Sequence record: SRR22947727_1369
DNA length: 43,014 nucleotides
Strand: one strand, 5' to 3'
Below, one piece after another: positions 19,571 through 32,249 of the stretch. Numbering within the stretch: position 1 is the first letter of the stretch; every line of letters starts with the position of its first letter. Position numbers and translations under genes: made by a program. The notes under the pieces are model-generated. The model did not search any database. It had not been told where the DNA came from and saw only the letters and a program-made list of their open reading frames with translations.

Positions 19571-20966
19571 ATTCTTGAGACCTTATCTCTAATTCTTTTA
19601 TCTTTCGAGTAATTGTGTTTCGACCGATTCCTAATAGTTTTGCCGCTTCAACCTTTCGCCCATTGGTATATCGAAGTGCTTGAATAATGAGCTCTTTCTC
19701 AAAAATATTTGTATAATCTTTAAAGATATTTACCTCACCGGTTAAAAGTATTTTGGAAACTTCTCGGCCTAAGTTTTCTTGCCAATTTGAAGATGTTGAT
19801 CCTGAAGATACAGGTTCACTATTTAATTCAGCAGGCAGATCACTCACGTTGATGACATTCCCTGGCGCCATCACTGTGAGCCAATGACAAATATTTTCAA
19901 GCTGTCTTACATTCCCTTGCCAATAAAGATTTTTGAAATATTCAATAACCTCTGGGGAGAGTGACTTTAGTTTTACGTTGAGTTGATTAGCACTTTTATT
20001 TAAAAAATACTGGGAGAGGAGAGGAATATCCTCAACTCTTTCTCGAAGCGGAGGCACTTTTATTCGAATCACATTGAGTCTATGAAATAAGTCTTCTCTA
20101 AATTGACCTGATTTAACCAATGTCTCAAGATCTTGATGGGTGGCAGCAATCACCCTAACATCAACATTAATTAAATCTTGACCCCCCACTCGATAAAACT
20201 GCCCTTCACCTAATACACGTAAAAGTCTTGTTTGAAGGTCTATGGGCATATCACCAATCTCATCTAAAAATAATGTCCCTTGATCGGCTTGCTCAAACTT
20301 ACCTTTCCTCTGCGCATTTGCACCAGTGAAAGCTCCTTTTTCAAACCCGAAAAGCTCGGCCTCTAAAAGGTCATTGGGAATGGCCGCTGAATTAATAGCA
20401 ATAAAAGGGCTTTCTTTACGATGACTATTTTTATGAATCGCTTTGGCGACAAGCTCTTTTCCAGAACCTGACTCACCATTTAATAAAACCATGGCATTGG
20501 ATTGACTTAAGCGTCCAATTGCCCTGAATACATCTTGCATTGACTTTGCTTGACCAATAATTTCAGGTAAGTCACCTAACTCTTCACCCTTTAGATTTTT
20601 ATTATTATTAGCTTCTAAAGCTTGCTGGATAATATTCACAACTTTTGAAATATCAAATGGCTTAGCAATATATTCAAATGCCCCCTTTTGAAAGGCAGTC
20701 ACTGCTGTATCTAAATCTGAATAGGCAGTCATGATAATAATGGGAATCTCAGGAAATTTATTTTTAACCTTGGTTAAAAAATCAATGCCTGATTCACCTG
20801 GCATTCTTATATCACTTATGATCGCTTGTGGTTTTTCATGGTTGAACTTATTGATAGCTTCATTGGTATTACTGAAACACTCAAAAGTAATATTAGCTTT
20901 TGCTAGCGCTTTTTCAAAAACCCATCGTATTGATTTATCATCATCTAAAACCCAAACTTGACTCAT
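19569..20966 (-). CDS. glnG: Nitrogen regulation response regulator NtrC
   Basis: Receiver domain (DDD, DIRMP), AAA+ GESGSGKE, GAFTGA, FLDEIGD, C-terminal Fis-type HTH LGIGRNTITRK. Confidence 0.96.
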   Translation of the reverse strand: MSQVWVLDDDKSIRWVFEKALAKANITFECFSNTNEAINKFNHEKPQAIISDIRMPGESGIDFLTKVKNKFPEIPIIIMTAYSDLDTAVTAFQKGAFEYIAKPFDISKVVNIIQQALEANNNKNLKGEELGDLPEIIGQAKSMQDVFRAIGRLSQSNAMVLLNGESGSGKELVAKAIHKNSHRKESPFIAINSAAIPNDLLEAELFGFEKGAFTGANAQRKGKFEQADQGTLFLDEIGDMPIDLQTRLLRVLGEGQFYRVGGQDLINVDVRVIAATHQDLETLVKSGQFREDLFHRLNVIRIKVPPLRERVEDIPLLSQYFLNKSANQLNVKLKSLSPEVIEYFKNLYWQGNVRQLENICHWLTVMAPGNVINVSDLPAELNSEPVSSGSTSSNWQENLGREVSKILLTGEVNIFKDYTNIFEKELIIQALRYTNGRKVEAAKLLGIGRNTITRKIKELEIRSQE

Positions 20967-22060
20967 TTTTTATCCTTAGTTGGCTCTAAATTATTTTCAA
21001 TTGGCAATATGATAGAAAAAATGGTTTTTCCGGGAACGCTATGACAATCAATCATGCCTTGATGCAAAGCTATGAGATTTTGAGCAAGAGATAAGCCTAA
21101 GCCTGACCCGTTTTCATTACCAGTGACAAGTGGAAAAAATATCTTGTCAATCAATTCATTTTTGATCCCCGGACCGTTATCGATTATATCGATGCGAATC
21201 GCAGTGGCATGCTTTTTTTTGCGAAAAACAATCTGTCTTTCTGCTCTTGTGACGAAGGATAATTTCATTTCTTCTTGTTTATTTTGTTTCATTGCTTGAG
21301 CACCATTTCTGGCAATATTTAGGATCGCTTGTATCAGCTTCTCACGATCAACAACAAATTCTGGGAGACTGACATCGTAATCTCTTACAAAAGAAATATC
21401 AGTGGAAAATTCCGATAGAATTAAACTTCTCACCCTTTCTAAAATTTCATGAATGTTTGTTTTTTTATAGATAGGCATTTGATGTGGAGTAAGCATCCTG
21501 TTCATCAAGTTTTGCAGTCGATCTGCTTCATTAATAATAATTTGTGTGTATTCCTTTAATGAGTCTTCACTTAATTCTTGTTCAAGTAGTTGGGCAGCCC
21601 CTCTTAATCCCCCAAGTGGGTTTCTGACTTCGTGGGCAAGATTTCTGAGTAATTCAGTATTCGCTTGTTGCTGGATAAACATTCTTTCTTCTCTTGCTAC
21701 TTTTAATTGTTGATCCATTTGAACAAATTCAATAATAAATTCATCTTTAGATTCAATCAAAGCAGTAACAGTCAAGCTCACACATATGGTTTTTTTCTGA
21801 TGAGTTTGAATAAAGAATTCATGTTCTTTGTAGCTATTTTTTTGTGCTTCAACTTTTTGAATGATGTCTTTAAAAAAGTTGTTAGTATCTTCAAAAAAAA
21901 TACTTATATTATTATTAATTGCTTGTTTAGCACTGACTTCAAATATTGATTCAGTGCTTGGATTTATATAATGAATAATTAGGTCTCTATCACAAACTAT
22001 TATTGCAGTGGTGAGTGACTCCATTCCTTCATATTTTTTTTCTTTTAATTCACCATTCAT
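20963..22060 (-). CDS. glnL: Nitrogen regulation sensor kinase NtrB
   Basis: PAS N-terminus, LAHEVRNPLGGLRGAAQLL, DYDVSLP, DNGPG, GSGLGL. Confidence 0.96.
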   Translation of the reverse strand: MNGELKEKKYEGMESLTTAIIVCDRDLIIHYINPSTESIFEVSAKQAINNNISIFFEDTNNFFKDIIQKVEAQKNSYKEHEFFIQTHQKKTICVSLTVTALIESKDEFIIEFVQMDQQLKVAREERMFIQQQANTELLRNLAHEVRNPLGGLRGAAQLLEQELSEDSLKEYTQIIINEADRLQNLMNRMLTPHQMPIYKKTNIHEILERVRSLILSEFSTDISFVRDYDVSLPEFVVDREKLIQAILNIARNGAQAMKQNKQEEMKLSFVTRAERQIVFRKKKHATAIRIDIIDNGPGIKNELIDKIFFPLVTGNENGSGLGLSLAQNLIALHQGMIDCHSVPGKTIFSIILPIENNLEPTKDKK

Positions 22061-22106
22061 TTTTGTTCCTAACTTATAGCTATTTAACGTGCTTTAAAAA
22101 ATTTGA

Positions 22107-22123
22107 TGCACAAAAAAAGTGCA
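22107..22123. promoter_or_regulatory. NtrC binding site upstream of ntrB
   Basis: TGCACAAAAAAAGTGCA matches the TGCAC-N7-GTGCA consensus, at a position equivalent to the glnLp autoregulatory site. Confidence 0.8.
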
Positions 22124-22138
22124 AGCTAATTTTGATTG

Positions 22139-22169
22139 AAAAAAAACGAGGCTTACCCTCGTTTTTTTT
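22139..22169 (-). terminator. Rho-independent terminator after glnA
   Basis: AAAAAAAACGAGG-CTTAC-CCTCGTTTTTTTT hairpin about 10 nt past the glnA stop. Confidence 0.88.
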
Positions 22170-22178
22170 AAAAACTGT

Positions 22179-23588
22179 CTATAAGCTATAGTACATATCA
22201 AACTCTATAGGATGAGGTGTCATTCTCATACGTGTCACATCTTCCATCTTAAGTCCGATATAGCTATCAATAAAATCATCACTGAATACGCCACCTTTAG
22301 TTAAAAATTGACGATCTTGATCTAGGGCTGCTAAAGCTTCTTCAAGAGATGCTGAGACTTGAGGAATTTTTGCTTCTTCTTGGGCCGTCAAGTCATATAA
22401 ATCTCTTGTTTCATGATCCCCTGGATGAATTTTATTTTGAATACCGTCAAGGCCAGCCATCATCATGGCACTAAACGCAAGATAAGGATTGGCCATAGGA
22501 TCTGGAAATCTAACCTCAATACGACGTGCTTTGTCTGATGCAACATGCGGGATTCTAATTGCTGCTGATCTATTTTTTGCTGAATAAGCTAACATAACCG
22601 GTGCTTCAAAACCTGGCACGAGTCGCTTATATGAATTAGTTGACGGATTAGTAATAGCATTTAATGCTTTACCATGTTTAATTATGCCACCAATATAATA
22701 AAGTGCTTCATCGCTTAAGTTTGCGTATTTTTTCCCTGCAAAGAGATTTTTGCCTTTTTTCCAAATAGATTGATGCACATGCATTCCTGTTCCGTTATCA
22801 TTTAGCACAGGTTTTGGCATGAATGTCGCTGTTTTACCATAATGATGTGCTGTGTTCATTACCACATACTTAAGTATTTGAGTCCAATCAGCTCTCTCTG
22901 TGAGTGAGGAAAATTTTGTGCCTATTTCATTTTGACCTGACCCGGCTACTTCGTGATGATGGACTTCTACGGGAACGCCCATTTCTTCTAACGTTAGACA
23001 CATTTGGGAGCGAAGATCTTGTAATGAATCTACTGGGGGCACTGGAAAATACCCACCTTTTACTCTTGGTCTATGACCCACATTACCACCTTCATGCTCA
23101 TTTTTAGAATCCCATTCAGCTTCTTCAGAGCTAATTTTTACTGAAGATCCACTCATGCCAGAATCCCAAGTAATCGAATCAAATACAAAAAATTCAGGTT
23201 CAGGTCCAAAATATACCGTATCACCTATACCAGTTTTTTTGAGATACTGCTCTGCACGATTTGCAATAGTTCTAGGATCTCTGTCATAACCTTTTCCATC
23301 AGCTGGATCTACCACATTACAAGTGAGTATCAGTGTAGATTCTTCCATGAAGGGGTCGATATTTGCAGTGCTAGGATCTGGGAAAAGCAACATATCTGAA
23401 GCATTAATGCCTTTCCATCCAGCGACTGATGAACCATCAAAAGCATGGCCGTCTGTAAATTTACTTTTATCAAACGCAGAGATTGGGACTGTTACATGTT
23501 GCTCCTTACCTCTTGTATCCGAAAATCTCAAATCAACGAACTTAACGTTGTTACTTTTAATTTTTTTCATTACATTTGCGACAGACAT
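22179..23588 (-). CDS. glnA: Glutamine synthetase type I
   Basis: [46 protein letters not shown], adenylylation-site region DLYDL. ATG at 23588 lies 8 nt after AAGGAG (469 aa). Confidence 0.98.
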   Translation of the reverse strand: MSVANVMKKIKSNNVKFVDLRFSDTRGKEQHVTVPISAFDKSKFTDGHAFDGSSVAGWKGINASDMLLFPDPSTANIDPFMEESTLILTCNVVDPADGKGYDRDPRTIANRAEQYLKKTGIGDTVYFGPEPEFFVFDSITWDSGMSGSSVKISSEEAEWDSKNEHEGGNVGHRPRVKGGYFPVPPVDSLQDLRSQMCLTLEEMGVPVEVHHHEVAGSGQNEIGTKFSSLTERADWTQILKYVVMNTAHHYGKTATFMPKPVLNDNGTGMHVHQSIWKKGKNLFAGKKYANLSDEALYYIGGIIKHGKALNAITNPSTNSYKRLVPGFEAPVMLAYSAKNRSAAIRIPHVASDKARRIEVRFPDPMANPYLAFSAMMMAGLDGIQNKIHPGDHETRDLYDLTAQEEAKIPQVSASLEEALAALDQDRQFLTKGGVFSDDFIDSYIGLKMEDVTRMRMTPHPIEFDMYYSL

Positions 23589-23699
23589 ACTTTTCACTCC
23601 TTATTTTTTATTCAATAATTTTAATTATCATGTATTAAATGTTTCTAATGGTGCAATTTTACTTACTTAAATATAAAAATAAACAAAAAATATATATTT

Positions 23700-23748
23700 T
23701 GCACTATGTTAGTGCAAAAATATAAAATTTATGCACCAATATAGTAAA
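23700..23748. promoter_or_regulatory. Tandem NtrC binding sites upstream of glnA
   Basis: TGCACTATGTTAGTGCA (23700-23716, perfect) and TGCACCAATATAGTAAA (23732-23748), 32 bp apart; an additional half-site at 23650-23655. Confidence 0.85.
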
Positions 23749-23795
23749 TAAATATTAATTTTTACAGATAAGCCATACCATTTATAATAACTAAT

Positions 23796-24608
23796 GTGGA
23801 TAAAATAACTAAAAAAAAATTTGCCGTACTCGGTCACCCTATATCTCATTCCTTATCACCAAAGATACATAATCATTTCGCTAAACAGTTTGGTATTCAA
23901 ATTGAATACCAACGCATTGATGTTGATGGTAGGAATTTTAAAAAAACTTTAAATGAATTGAAAGAAGCCGGGTATGCAGGTTTAAATATAACGCTACCAT
24001 TAAAAAATTTAGCATGGGAAGTTTGTGAAGAATTGTCACTGAGGTCCCAGCAAACAAAATCAGTAAATACAATATCTATAAAAAATGGTAAATTTTTTGG
24101 AGAAACAACTGACGGTTTGGGATTGATAGCAGATTTAAACTTAAAAGGTGTGGCTTTAAAAAATAAAAAAATTTTAGTAATTGGCGCAGGCGGCGCCTCG
24201 AATGGAGTAATGTATGATTTAATTTCACAGTGTCCAGAAATTATTTCCTTAACCAATAGAACTATATCTAAATCTCATGATATGAGAGAGTATTGGCTTG
24301 AATTTGCAAAAGAAAAAAAAGTAACAATCAACGTTCTTGGTGCCGATCAGCATATTATTTTTGATTTAATTATAAATGCAACCTCGTCGTCGCTTGATGG
24401 AGGCCAGGCTGTTTTGCCAAAAAACTTAAATGGAAGTTTTTGGTATGACATGATGTACGGTCAACAAACACCTTTTTTAATTGAGGCTGAGAAAAATAAA
24501 GCAAAATTTTCTGATGGTTTGGGCATGCTGGTTGAGCAAGCTGCAGCTGCTTTTGAGATTTGGCATGAGCTAAAACCAGATACTCAACTAACTTTTCAAA
24601 CCTTATAG
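23796..24608 (+). CDS. aroE: Shikimate dehydrogenase (GTG start)
   Basis: [44 protein letters not shown]. Confidence 0.95.
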   Translation: MDKITKKKFAVLGHPISHSLSPKIHNHFAKQFGIQIEYQRIDVDGRNFKKTLNELKEAGYAGLNITLPLKNLAWEVCEELSLRSQQTKSVNTISIKNGKFFGETTDGLGLIADLNLKGVALKNKKILVIGAGGASNGVMYDLISQCPEIISLTNRTISKSHDMREYWLEFAKEKKVTINVLGADQHIIFDLIINATSSSLDGGQAVLPKNLNGSFWYDMMYGQQTPFLIEAEKNKAKFSDGLGMLVEQAAAAFEIWHELKPDTQLTFQTL

Positions 24609-27413
24609 GTAATCTTTTAAAAATTTACCCGTGTAACTTTCTTTGTTTTTACAAATTTCAGCTGGTGAACCTTCAGCGATGATCTCTCCTCCGCCATCAC
24701 CCCCCTCAGGACCTAAATCGATGATCCAATCTGCGGTTTTAATGACATCTAAATTATGTTCAATTATAGCTAATGTATTTCCATTCCTTTTGAGTTGGTG
24801 CAGAACATTCAAAAGAAGTTGAATGTCAGCAAAGTGGAGACCTGTTGTAGGCTCATCTAATATATAAAGCGTTTTGCCAGTATCTCTCTTTGATAGCTCT
24901 AGTGCAAGCTTAACTCGCTGGGCCTCTCCTCCTGATAGTGTGGTGGCATTTTGACCTAATTTTATATAACTTAAGCCCACGTTTAAAAGCGTTTTTAATT
25001 TTCTTTCGATCACAGGAATTGCGCTAAAAAATTCGTAGGCTTGTTCAACTGTCATCGATAGAACATCATGTATATTTTTATTTTTGTATTTTATTTCTAA
25101 GGTTTCTCGGTTGTAACGTTGTCCCTCACAAAAATCACACTTTACATAAACGTCAGGTAAAAAATGCATTTCAACCTTGACGACTCCATCGCCTTCACAT
25201 GATTCACATCGGCCTCCTTTTACGTTAAAAGAAAATCTACCGGGGGCGTATCCTCTAAGTTTACTTTCAGGCACTTTTGCAAATATATCTCTGATGGGGG
25301 TAAAAAGGCCTGTATAAGTTGCTGGATTTGATCTTGGTGTTCTTCCAATCGGACTTTGATTTACATCAACAACTTTATCAAAAAAATCAAATCCTCTAAT
25401 TTCGTCGTGTTGACCAACTTCTAAATTGCTTTTGTAGAGATGCTTTGCAAGTGAGTGATAAAGTGTATTGTTTATCAGAGTAGATTTACCACTCCCAGAC
25501 ACTCCCGTGATACATGTCATTAAACCAATAGGTAATTTAAAGTCTACATTTTTTAAGTTATTGCCCCGCGCTTTAAAAATTTGAAAAAAATCTTTACTTG
25601 GCTTTAATTTTTCTTTTGAAAGCTCAATAACTTTTTTACCAGACAAATATTGACCTGTAAGTGACTCCTTATTATTTAAAATTTCTTGGGGCGTTCCTTC
25701 GGCTACTACTTTACCTCCATGAATACCTGCACCTGGACCGATATCCACTACATAATCTGCAGCCATAATGGCATCATAGTCATGCTCAACAACGATAACG
25801 GTATTTCCTAAATCACGTAAATTTTTTAGTGTTTTTAATAATTTAGCGTTATCTTTTTGATGTAATCCTATTGAAGGTTCATCTAAAACGTACATGACGC
25901 CTGTCAATCCACTCCCAATTTGTGAGGCCAGCCTTATGCGCTGGGCTTCCCCACCAGATAATGTTTCGGCAGTTCTTGATAGTGATAAATAATCTAAACC
26001 AACGTTGATAAGAAAAAAAATTCTATTTTTAATTTCTTGAATAATTTTTTCTGCTACCTTAGCTTTAGCTCCCTTAAGCTCGAGGTTCTCAAAAAAATCA
26101 AAAGCTTTTTTTAAGGCCAATTCACAAATAAAATTAAGATTTTTATCCCCTATTAAAACATGCCTAGCTTCTTCTCGAAGTCGAGCACCTTTGCATGAAG
26201 GGCAGGTATGCACATTAAGGTATTTTGCAATTTCGTCCCTGACAATACCTGAATCAGTTTCTTGATAACGCCGTGTAAGGTTATTTAAAATACCCTCAAA
26301 AGAATGTGATTTTGAATAAACTTTTCCATGTTCGCTTAAGTATGAAAATTCAATAATTTCTTTTTTGCTACCATATAAAATAACGGACTGAATATCTTTG
26401 GATAAATTTTCAAAAGGCGTTTCAATATCAAAATTGTAATGACTAGCAAGGCTTGTGAGCATTTGAAAATAAAATTGATTTCTTTTATCCCAACCTTTTA
26501 TAGCACCTGCCGCTAATGAAAGTTGAGGAAATGCGACAACTTTTTCTGGATCGAAAAAACTTTTATGTCCCAAGCCATCACATTCTGGACATGCACCCAT
26601 CGGATTGTTAAAGGAGAACAGTCGGGGTTCTAATTCAGGAATAGCATAATCACAATGAGGGCAAGCAAATTTTGATGAAAAAAGACGTGTCTCATCTGTA
26701 TCCATATCCAAGGTTAAGATTTTCCCATCAGTAAGTTTAAGGCCAGTCTCTATGGATTCAGTAATTCTTTGCTTTATGTCTTTATGGATTTTAATGCGAT
26801 CAACAACAACATCAATTTGGTGATTTATTTTTTTTTCTATTTCAGGGAGATTGTCAATTTCATAGATTGTGCCATCCAGCCTAATTCTAATAAACCCCTG
26901 TGCTCGGAGTTCATTGATTAAGTCTGCGTGACTCCCCTTTCTATTATTAATAACAGGAGCAAGAATAATTACTTTAGTATTCTCAGGCAGTTCTAATAAT
27001 TGATCAACGATTTGAGAAATAGTTTGAGCTTCAAGTTTTATGCTATGTTCCGGACAAATAGGATCTCCTGCTCTTGCAAATAACAGTCTCAAATAGTCAT
27101 GTATTTCTGTAACAGTGCCAACAGTGGATCTTGGATTATGTGAGGTAGATTTTTGTTCTATGGAGATTGCTGGTGATAGCCCCTCTATAAGATCAACATC
27201 TGGCTTATTTAATCGATCAAGAAATTGTCTTGCATAAGCAGATAATGATTCTACATATCTTCTTTGTCCCTCGGCATAAAGTGTGTCAAAAGCTAATGAT
27301 GATTTTCCAGATCCAGAAAGACCAGTGATTACAATTAGTTTGTTACGAGGAAGGTTAAGCGAGATATTTTTTAAGTTATGGGTTCTCGCTCCTTTAATAT
27401 TAATATAATCCAT
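24603..27413 (-). CDS. uvrA: Excinuclease ABC subunit A
   Basis: Two ABC modules ([24 protein letters not shown] twice) and Zn-finger CxxC motifs. Confidence 0.98.
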   Translation of the reverse strand: MDYINIKGARTHNLKNISLNLPRNKLIVITGLSGSGKSSLAFDTLYAEGQRRYVESLSAYARQFLDRLNKPDVDLIEGLSPAISIEQKSTSHNPRSTVGTVTEIHDYLRLLFARAGDPICPEHSIKLEAQTISQIVDQLLELPENTKVIILAPVINNRKGSHADLINELRAQGFIRIRLDGTIYEIDNLPEIEKKINHQIDVVVDRIKIHKDIKQRITESIETGLKLTDGKILTLDMDTDETRLFSSKFACPHCDYAIPELEPRLFSFNNPMGACPECDGLGHKSFFDPEKVVAFPQLSLAAGAIKGWDKRNQFYFQMLTSLASHYNFDIETPFENLSKDIQSVILYGSKKEIIEFSYLSEHGKVYSKSHSFEGILNNLTRRYQETDSGIVRDEIAKYLNVHTCPSCKGARLREEARHVLIGDKNLNFICELALKKAFDFFENLELKGAKAKVAEKIIQEIKNRIFFLINVGLDYLSLSRTAETLSGGEAQRIRLASQIGSGLTGVMYVLDEPSIGLHQKDNAKLLKTLKNLRDLGNTVIVVEHDYDAIMAADYVVDIGPGAGIHGGKVVAEGTPQEILNNKESLTGQYLSGKKVIELSKEKLKPSKDFFQIFKARGNNLKNVDFKLPIGLMTCITGVSGSGKSTLINNTLYHSLAKHLYKSNLEVGQHDEIRGFDFFDKVVDVNQSPIGRTPRSNPATYTGLFTPIRDIFAKVPESKLRGYAPGRFSFNVKGGRCESCEGDGVVKVEMHFLPDVYVKCDFCEGQRYNRETLEIKYKNKNIHDVLSMTVEQAYEFFSAIPVIERKLKTLLNVGLSYIKLGQNATTLSGGEAQRVKLALELSKRDTGKTLYILDEPTTGLHFADIQLLLNVLHQLKRNGNTLAIIEHNLDVIKTADWIIDLGPEGGDGGGEIIAEGSPAEICKNKESYTGKFLKDYL

Positions 27414-27489
27414 TAAATTTCATCTAATTATGCGCAACCTGATAATATAGCGGAATATTTATATTAAATGCAACTTGAATTCAATTCTT

Positions 27490-28692
27490 ATGGTTCAGAA
27501 AGACAGAATGACCCCCAGTGAAATTAAAGCAAGCTCAATTTTGGCCTCTATTTATGCTTTAAGAATGCTAGGTATATTTTTAATACTTCCAATTTTTTCA
27601 ATCTATGCTGCGGACCTTCCAAGTCAGCCGTCGGCTTTTCAGATAGGTTTAGCACTTGGTATTTATGGGCTCACACAGGCAATTTTTCAAATACCTTTTG
27701 GCATGATATCTGATTTTGTAGGACGAAAAAAAGTCATTTATTTCGGGTTGATACTATTTATAATAGGCTCATTAATTGCAGGTTTATCAAATGAGATGGA
27801 GTTAATTATTTTAGGCCGGGCAATTCAGGGTGCGGGTGCCATCTCAGCTGTACTAAGTGCTTTATTAGCAGACTTGACCTCGGATGAAAGTCGAACAAAA
27901 GCAATGGGTATAGTGGGGGCCTCTATTGGTTTAACATTTGCATTATCGTTAGTGCTTAGTCCAATTCTAAATAAATTAATTGGCGTTCCAGGTATTTTTA
28001 TTTTAATGGGAATTTTATCTTTCATAGCGATCATAGTAATAAAGCTATTTATAGTTGAGGCTCCAAAAAAAAATAAAGTAACAATTAATCTCGCTGAGTT
28101 TTTATTTATTCTCAAAAGATGGGATCTAAATAGATTAAACCTTGGAATTTTTGTCTTACACGCTACACAGATTTCTTTGTTTATTGTAATACCTTATTAT
28201 CTAATATCAAAAGGTGGTATTCCACTTTCCGAGCACTGGAGTATTTATTTACCTATTTTATTTTTATCATTTATTTTTATGGTGCCCATGATTATTTTTT
28301 CTCAAAGATGGAATTTATCTAAACAAACCTTCTTGATTTCAATAGTTCTTCTATTCTTATCACAATTTTTATTCATTAATTATTCTTACGATATATTGAA
28401 TATAAGTTTAGCTTTATTAATTTATTTTATTGGGTTTAATTTTTTAGAGGCATCACTGCCAAGTTTAGTAAGTAGAATTGCACCAATTGATAGAAAAGGT
28501 TTCTCTCTAGGGGTGTATAATACATGTCAATCTTTAGGGATGTTTTTTGGGGGAGTCGTTGGCGGCTTAGCAGCTAATAATTATGGATATATAGGCGTTT
28601 TTTATTTTTGTGGAATTATAATTTTTATCTGGTTTATTTTTTCTTTATCAATAAAAATGCCTGATTTAAAAAGGATTTCAAAAATATCATAG
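27490..28692 (+). CDS. YajR-like MFS transporter
   Basis: [37 protein letters not shown]; uvrA-MFS-ssb synteny. Start uncertain (27475, 27490 or 27508). Confidence 0.88.
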   Translation: MVQKDRMTPSEIKASSILASIYALRMLGIFLILPIFSIYAADLPSQPSAFQIGLALGIYGLTQAIFQIPFGMISDFVGRKKVIYFGLILFIIGSLIAGLSNEMELIILGRAIQGAGAISAVLSALLADLTSDESRTKAMGIVGASIGLTFALSLVLSPILNKLIGVPGIFILMGILSFIAIIVIKLFIVEAPKKNKVTINLAEFLFILKRWDLNRLNLGIFVLHATQISLFIVIPYYLISKGGIPLSEHWSIYLPILFLSFIFMVPMIIFSQRWNLSKQTFLISIVLLFLSQFLFINYSYDILNISLALLIYFIGFNFLEASLPSLVSRIAPIDRKGFSLGVYNTCQSLGMFFGGVVGGLAANNYGYIGVFYFCGIIIFIWFIFSLSIKMPDLKRISKIS

Positions 28693-28705
28693 GGGATTAT
28701 TTATT

Positions 28706-29167
28706 ATGTCAGTTAATAAGGTAATTTTGGTGGGTAGATTGGGACAAGATCCTGATGTAAGGTATATGCCAAATGAAACAGCTGTATGCAATTTTAGTTT
28801 AGCTACAAGCAGTTCATATAAAGATAAATCGGGAGAGAAGGTAGATCAGACTGAATGGCACAGAATTGTGATGTTTGGAAAGGTTGCAGAAATAGCAAAA
28901 GAATATTTAAAAAAAGGCAGTCAAGTATTTATCGAGGGTAGACTTCAGACCAGAAAATGGCAAACAAAAGAGGGACAGGATCGATACACGACAGAGGTGG
29001 TTGCAGCAACAATGCAAATGCTTGGATCTAAAGATAGCTCTTCCGGCAGTGGTGAGTCACCAAGTGACTTTGATCAAACAAAAAATCAGTCATCTAATGA
29101 ACCAACTAAAGCTCCATCACCCGCTGTTGAATCTTTTGACCAATTAGAAGATGATATTCCATTTTAA
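28706..29167 (+). CDS. ssb: Single-stranded DNA-binding protein
   Basis: [21 protein letters not shown]-terminal DDIPF. Confidence 0.98.
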   Translation: MSVNKVILVGRLGQDPDVRYMPNETAVCNFSLATSSSYKDKSGEKVDQTEWHRIVMFGKVAEIAKEYLKKGSQVFIEGRLQTRKWQTKEGQDRYTTEVVAATMQMLGSKDSSSGSGESPSDFDQTKNQSSNEPTKAPSPAVESFDQLEDDIPF

Positions 29168-29189
29168 ATAAAGATTTGAAATAATACTT

Positions 29190-29444
29190 ATGCCAATTTA
29201 TGAGTTTTTATGCGAGGGCTGTGGTTATCAAGAGGATTTAATGAGGAAGATTAGTGAGCCGGCAAAGACCGAATGCCCAAAATGTGGCAGTCAAAACTTT
29301 ATTAAACAAGTGTCAGCTGCAAATTTTAAATTAAAAGGTTCTGGTTGGTATGAAACGGATTTTAAAAATAAACCAAAAGAAACAAAAAATAATAATAATA
29401 ATTTAAAAGAAACTTCAAAAAAAACAGAAAAGCAAAATGTTTAA
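29190..29444 (+). CDS. FmdB-family zinc-ribbon protein
   Basis: MPIYEF.C..CG, CPKCG, F.LKGSGWYETDF. Confidence 0.92.
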   Translation: MPIYEFLCEGCGYQEDLMRKISEPAKTECPKCGSQNFIKQVSAANFKLKGSGWYETDFKNKPKETKNNNNNLKETSKKTEKQNV

Positions 29445-30063
29445 AAAAAATATACTTACAGGCCTACTCGTTTTAATTCCTATTGTCCTAACTTTATGGG
29501 TTTTAATAACGCTCACTCAATTTTTAGATCAAGTACTGCATTTCCTTCCTGAAGAGTTTCAGCCAGATGTTTTATTTGGAGGAGCAATTCCCGGCTTTGG
29601 TGTAATTGTTACACTTGTGGTTGTTTTTTTAACAGGAGTTATCGCTAATAATTTTTTTGGAAAAAAAATTATTTCTATTTACGAGTATATTTTAAACAAA
29701 GTACCTGTAATTAGTTCTATCTATAAAGGCATAAAACAAGTCTCCGATACACTTTTATCAAACTCTGGACAAGCCTTTTCTAAGGCAGTTTTAATTGAGT
29801 TTCCGCATGCAGGAACGTATACATTTGCGTTTATTACAGGGGTACCAAGTGAACAAATTGCAAAGTACCTTAAAGGAAAGTATGTAAATGTCTATGTCCC
29901 AACAACACCTAACCCAACTTCTGGCTATACTTTAATAGTCCCTACAAAAAAAATTATTGAGATCGATCTGAGTGTCGATCAAGTCCTTAAGTATGTTATC
30001 TCGATGGGAGTTTCAACATCAGATAAAGAATTCGTTAAAAATAATAAAAAGAAAAGAAAGTAG
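29437..30063 (+). CDS. DUF502 membrane protein
   Basis: Two N-terminal TM segments, IY..IKQVSD, VYVPTTPNPTSG; FmdB-DUF502-aspS synteny. Confidence 0.92.
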   Translation: MFKKNILTGLLVLIPIVLTLWVLITLTQFLDQVLHFLPEEFQPDVLFGGAIPGFGVIVTLVVVFLTGVIANNFFGKKIISIYEYILNKVPVISSIYKGIKQVSDTLLSNSGQAFSKAVLIEFPHAGTYTFAFITGVPSEQIAKYLKGKYVNVYVPTTPNPTSGYTLIVPTKKIIEIDLSVDQVLKYVISMGVSTSDKEFVKNNKKKRK

Positions 30064-30069
30064 AAAAAA

Positions 30070-31860
30070 ATGAGAACACATTTTTGTGGTGAATTAAATA
30101 AATCCCATGAAGGGACAGAAGTAAAATTATGTGGCTGGGCACATAGACGAAGAGATCATGGCGGAGTCATATTTATCGATTTAAGAGATAAAAAAGGGCT
30201 TGCTCAAATAGTCATCGATCCGGATACGCCAGAGGCATTTAAAGCTGGAGAGTCAATTCGCAACGAATATGTTTTGCAAGTTACTTGTAAGGTAAGGTTG
30301 AGACCTGAGGGGACTATCAATAAAAATTTACCTTCAGGCGAAGTAGAAATGTTAGCCTCAAAAGTTGAGATTCTAAATCCATCTTTGACTCCACCCTTCA
30401 TGCTTGATGACGAAACAATTTCAGAATCAGTAAGACTAGAAAACAGATTTATTGACCTTCGTCGCGATACCATGCAAAAAAATCTTAGGCTAAGATATGA
30501 AATTTCTAAAAATTTTCGTACCTATCTTGATAAAAATGATTTTATGGAGATTGAAACGCCTATCTTAACGCGAAGTACACCAGAGGGAGCAAGAGATTAT
30601 TTAGTTCCATCAAGAGTTCATCAGGGTGAATTTTTTGCATTACCCCAATCACCACAGCTGTTTAAACAAATGTTAATGGTTTCAGGGTTCGATAGATATT
30701 TTCAAATTGCTAAATGCTTTCGGGATGAAGATTTAAGAGCAGACAGGCAACCAGAATTTACCCAACTGGATATTGAGCTTTCATTTTCAAATGAAGAAGA
30801 AATTATGCAGATTAATGAAGGCATGATTCGACAAATGTTTATGGAAACAATGAAAATTGAACTTCCAAATACATTTCCTCAATTAACTTATGCGGATGCA
30901 ATGAGCAAATATGGGTCAGATAAACCTGATTTAAGAGTCACGCTTGAGCTTATTGATTTAACAAATGAGCTTAAGAAAGTTGAATTTAAAGTTTTTTCAT
31001 CAGCAGCAAATATGGCTAATGGCAGAGTGGCTGCGCTTAAAATTCCAGGGGGATCAGAATTATCAAGATCTGAAATCGACGCCTATACGGAATTCGTGAA
31101 AATCTATGGCGCCAAAGGCTTAGCTTATATTAAAGTTAATGATGTCACACAACTTGACGAAAATGGTCTTCAAAGTCCAATTGTTAAAAATATAGATACT
31201 GATGCGTTAAAAGCAATAATTGAAAAAACAAAAGCATCCAATGGAGATTTAATTTTCTTTGGTGCAGATAAAGAGAAAATAGTGAATGAGGCATTGGGTG
31301 CTTTGAGAGAGAAAATAGGACATGATAAAAATCATGTTAATGATTTAACCTGGGCGCCTTTATGGATTGTTGACTTCCCCATGTTTGATTTTGATGAAGA
31401 AAATAAAAGATGGAATGCATTACATCATCCTTTTACAGCACCAAAAGATGGACATGAAGACCTGCTTGAATCAGATCCGGGTAAATGCTTATCAAAAGCT
31501 TATGACATGGTTATTAATGGCTCCGAAGTTGGTGGAGGTTCTATTCGTATTCATAAAAGCGAAGTCCAGTCAAAAGTATTCAAGGCCTTAAATATCTCCA
31601 AAGATGAATCAGATGAAAAATTTGGTTTTTTACTGGAAGCTTTGCAATATGGTGCACCACCTCATGGAGGTATAGCTTTTGGGCTGGATAGGATCGTAAC
31701 GCTCTTAGCAGGTGCCGAATCAATTAGAGATGTCATTGCTTTCCCAAAAACTCAAAAAGCACAGTGTTTATTAACCAATGCCCCAAATGAAGTAGATGAC
31801 AAGCAATTAAGAGAGCTTCATATTAAAACAAGGTTAACAGTTAACCCAAAAAATGATTAA
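30070..31860 (+). CDS. aspS: Aspartate--tRNA ligase (probably non-discriminating Asp/Asn)
   Basis: [55 protein letters not shown]. Confidence 0.98.
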   Translation: MRTHFCGELNKSHEGTEVKLCGWAHRRRDHGGVIFIDLRDKKGLAQIVIDPDTPEAFKAGESIRNEYVLQVTCKVRLRPEGTINKNLPSGEVEMLASKVEILNPSLTPPFMLDDETISESVRLENRFIDLRRDTMQKNLRLRYEISKNFRTYLDKNDFMEIETPILTRSTPEGARDYLVPSRVHQGEFFALPQSPQLFKQMLMVSGFDRYFQIAKCFRDEDLRADRQPEFTQLDIELSFSNEEEIMQINEGMIRQMFMETMKIELPNTFPQLTYADAMSKYGSDKPDLRVTLELIDLTNELKKVEFKVFSSAANMANGRVAALKIPGGSELSRSEIDAYTEFVKIYGAKGLAYIKVNDVTQLDENGLQSPIVKNIDTDALKAIIEKTKASNGDLIFFGADKEKIVNEALGALREKIGHDKNHVNDLTWAPLWIVDFPMFDFDEENKRWNALHHPFTAPKDGHEDLLESDPGKCLSKAYDMVINGSEVGGGSIRIHKSEVQSKVFKALNISKDESDEKFGFLLEALQYGAPPHGGIAFGLDRIVTLLAGAESIRDVIAFPKTQKAQCLLTNAPNEVDDKQLRELHIKTRLTVNPKND

Positions 31861-32236
31861 CGGCATTGATCATTATAATCTTCGATCAGATGAAAAAATG
31901 ATTGAGATTCTTAAAGATTTCTATATCAATATTGTAGGTTTGAAGCTAGGTCATCGACCGCCTTTTAAAAGTAAAGGGTATTGGTTATATGCAGGCAGTA
32001 AAGATATTCTTCATTTAAGTTCATCGAAAGACAATGTAAAAAATTTAACAAATGTGAATTCAACTTTAGATCATGTTTCTTTTTCTGCAATTGATAAAAG
32101 TTTTTTTTTAGAAACCCTTAAAAAAAATAATATTATCTTTAAAGAGAGATACATTCCTGAAATAAATATTGAACAGTTATTTTTTAAAGACCCTGCCGGT
32201 AACGGTATTGAATTAATTTTTTTAGATAAATCTTAA
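31853..32236 (+). CDS. VOC/glyoxalase-family protein
   Basis: [39 protein letters not shown]. Confidence 0.88.
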   Translation: MINGIDHYNLRSDEKMIEILKDFYINIVGLKLGHRPPFKSKGYWLYAGSKDILHLSSSKDNVKNLTNVNSTLDHVSFSAIDKSFFLETLKKNNIIFKERYIPEINIEQLFFKDPAGNGIELIFLDKS

Positions 32237-32249
32237 AGAGAGGATTGAT

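Noticed and set aside
27414-27489. LexA/SOS box between uvrA and the MFS-ssb genes
   Set aside because: The nearest match (CTGATAATATAGCGGA) lacks the CAG half of CTG-N10-CAG.
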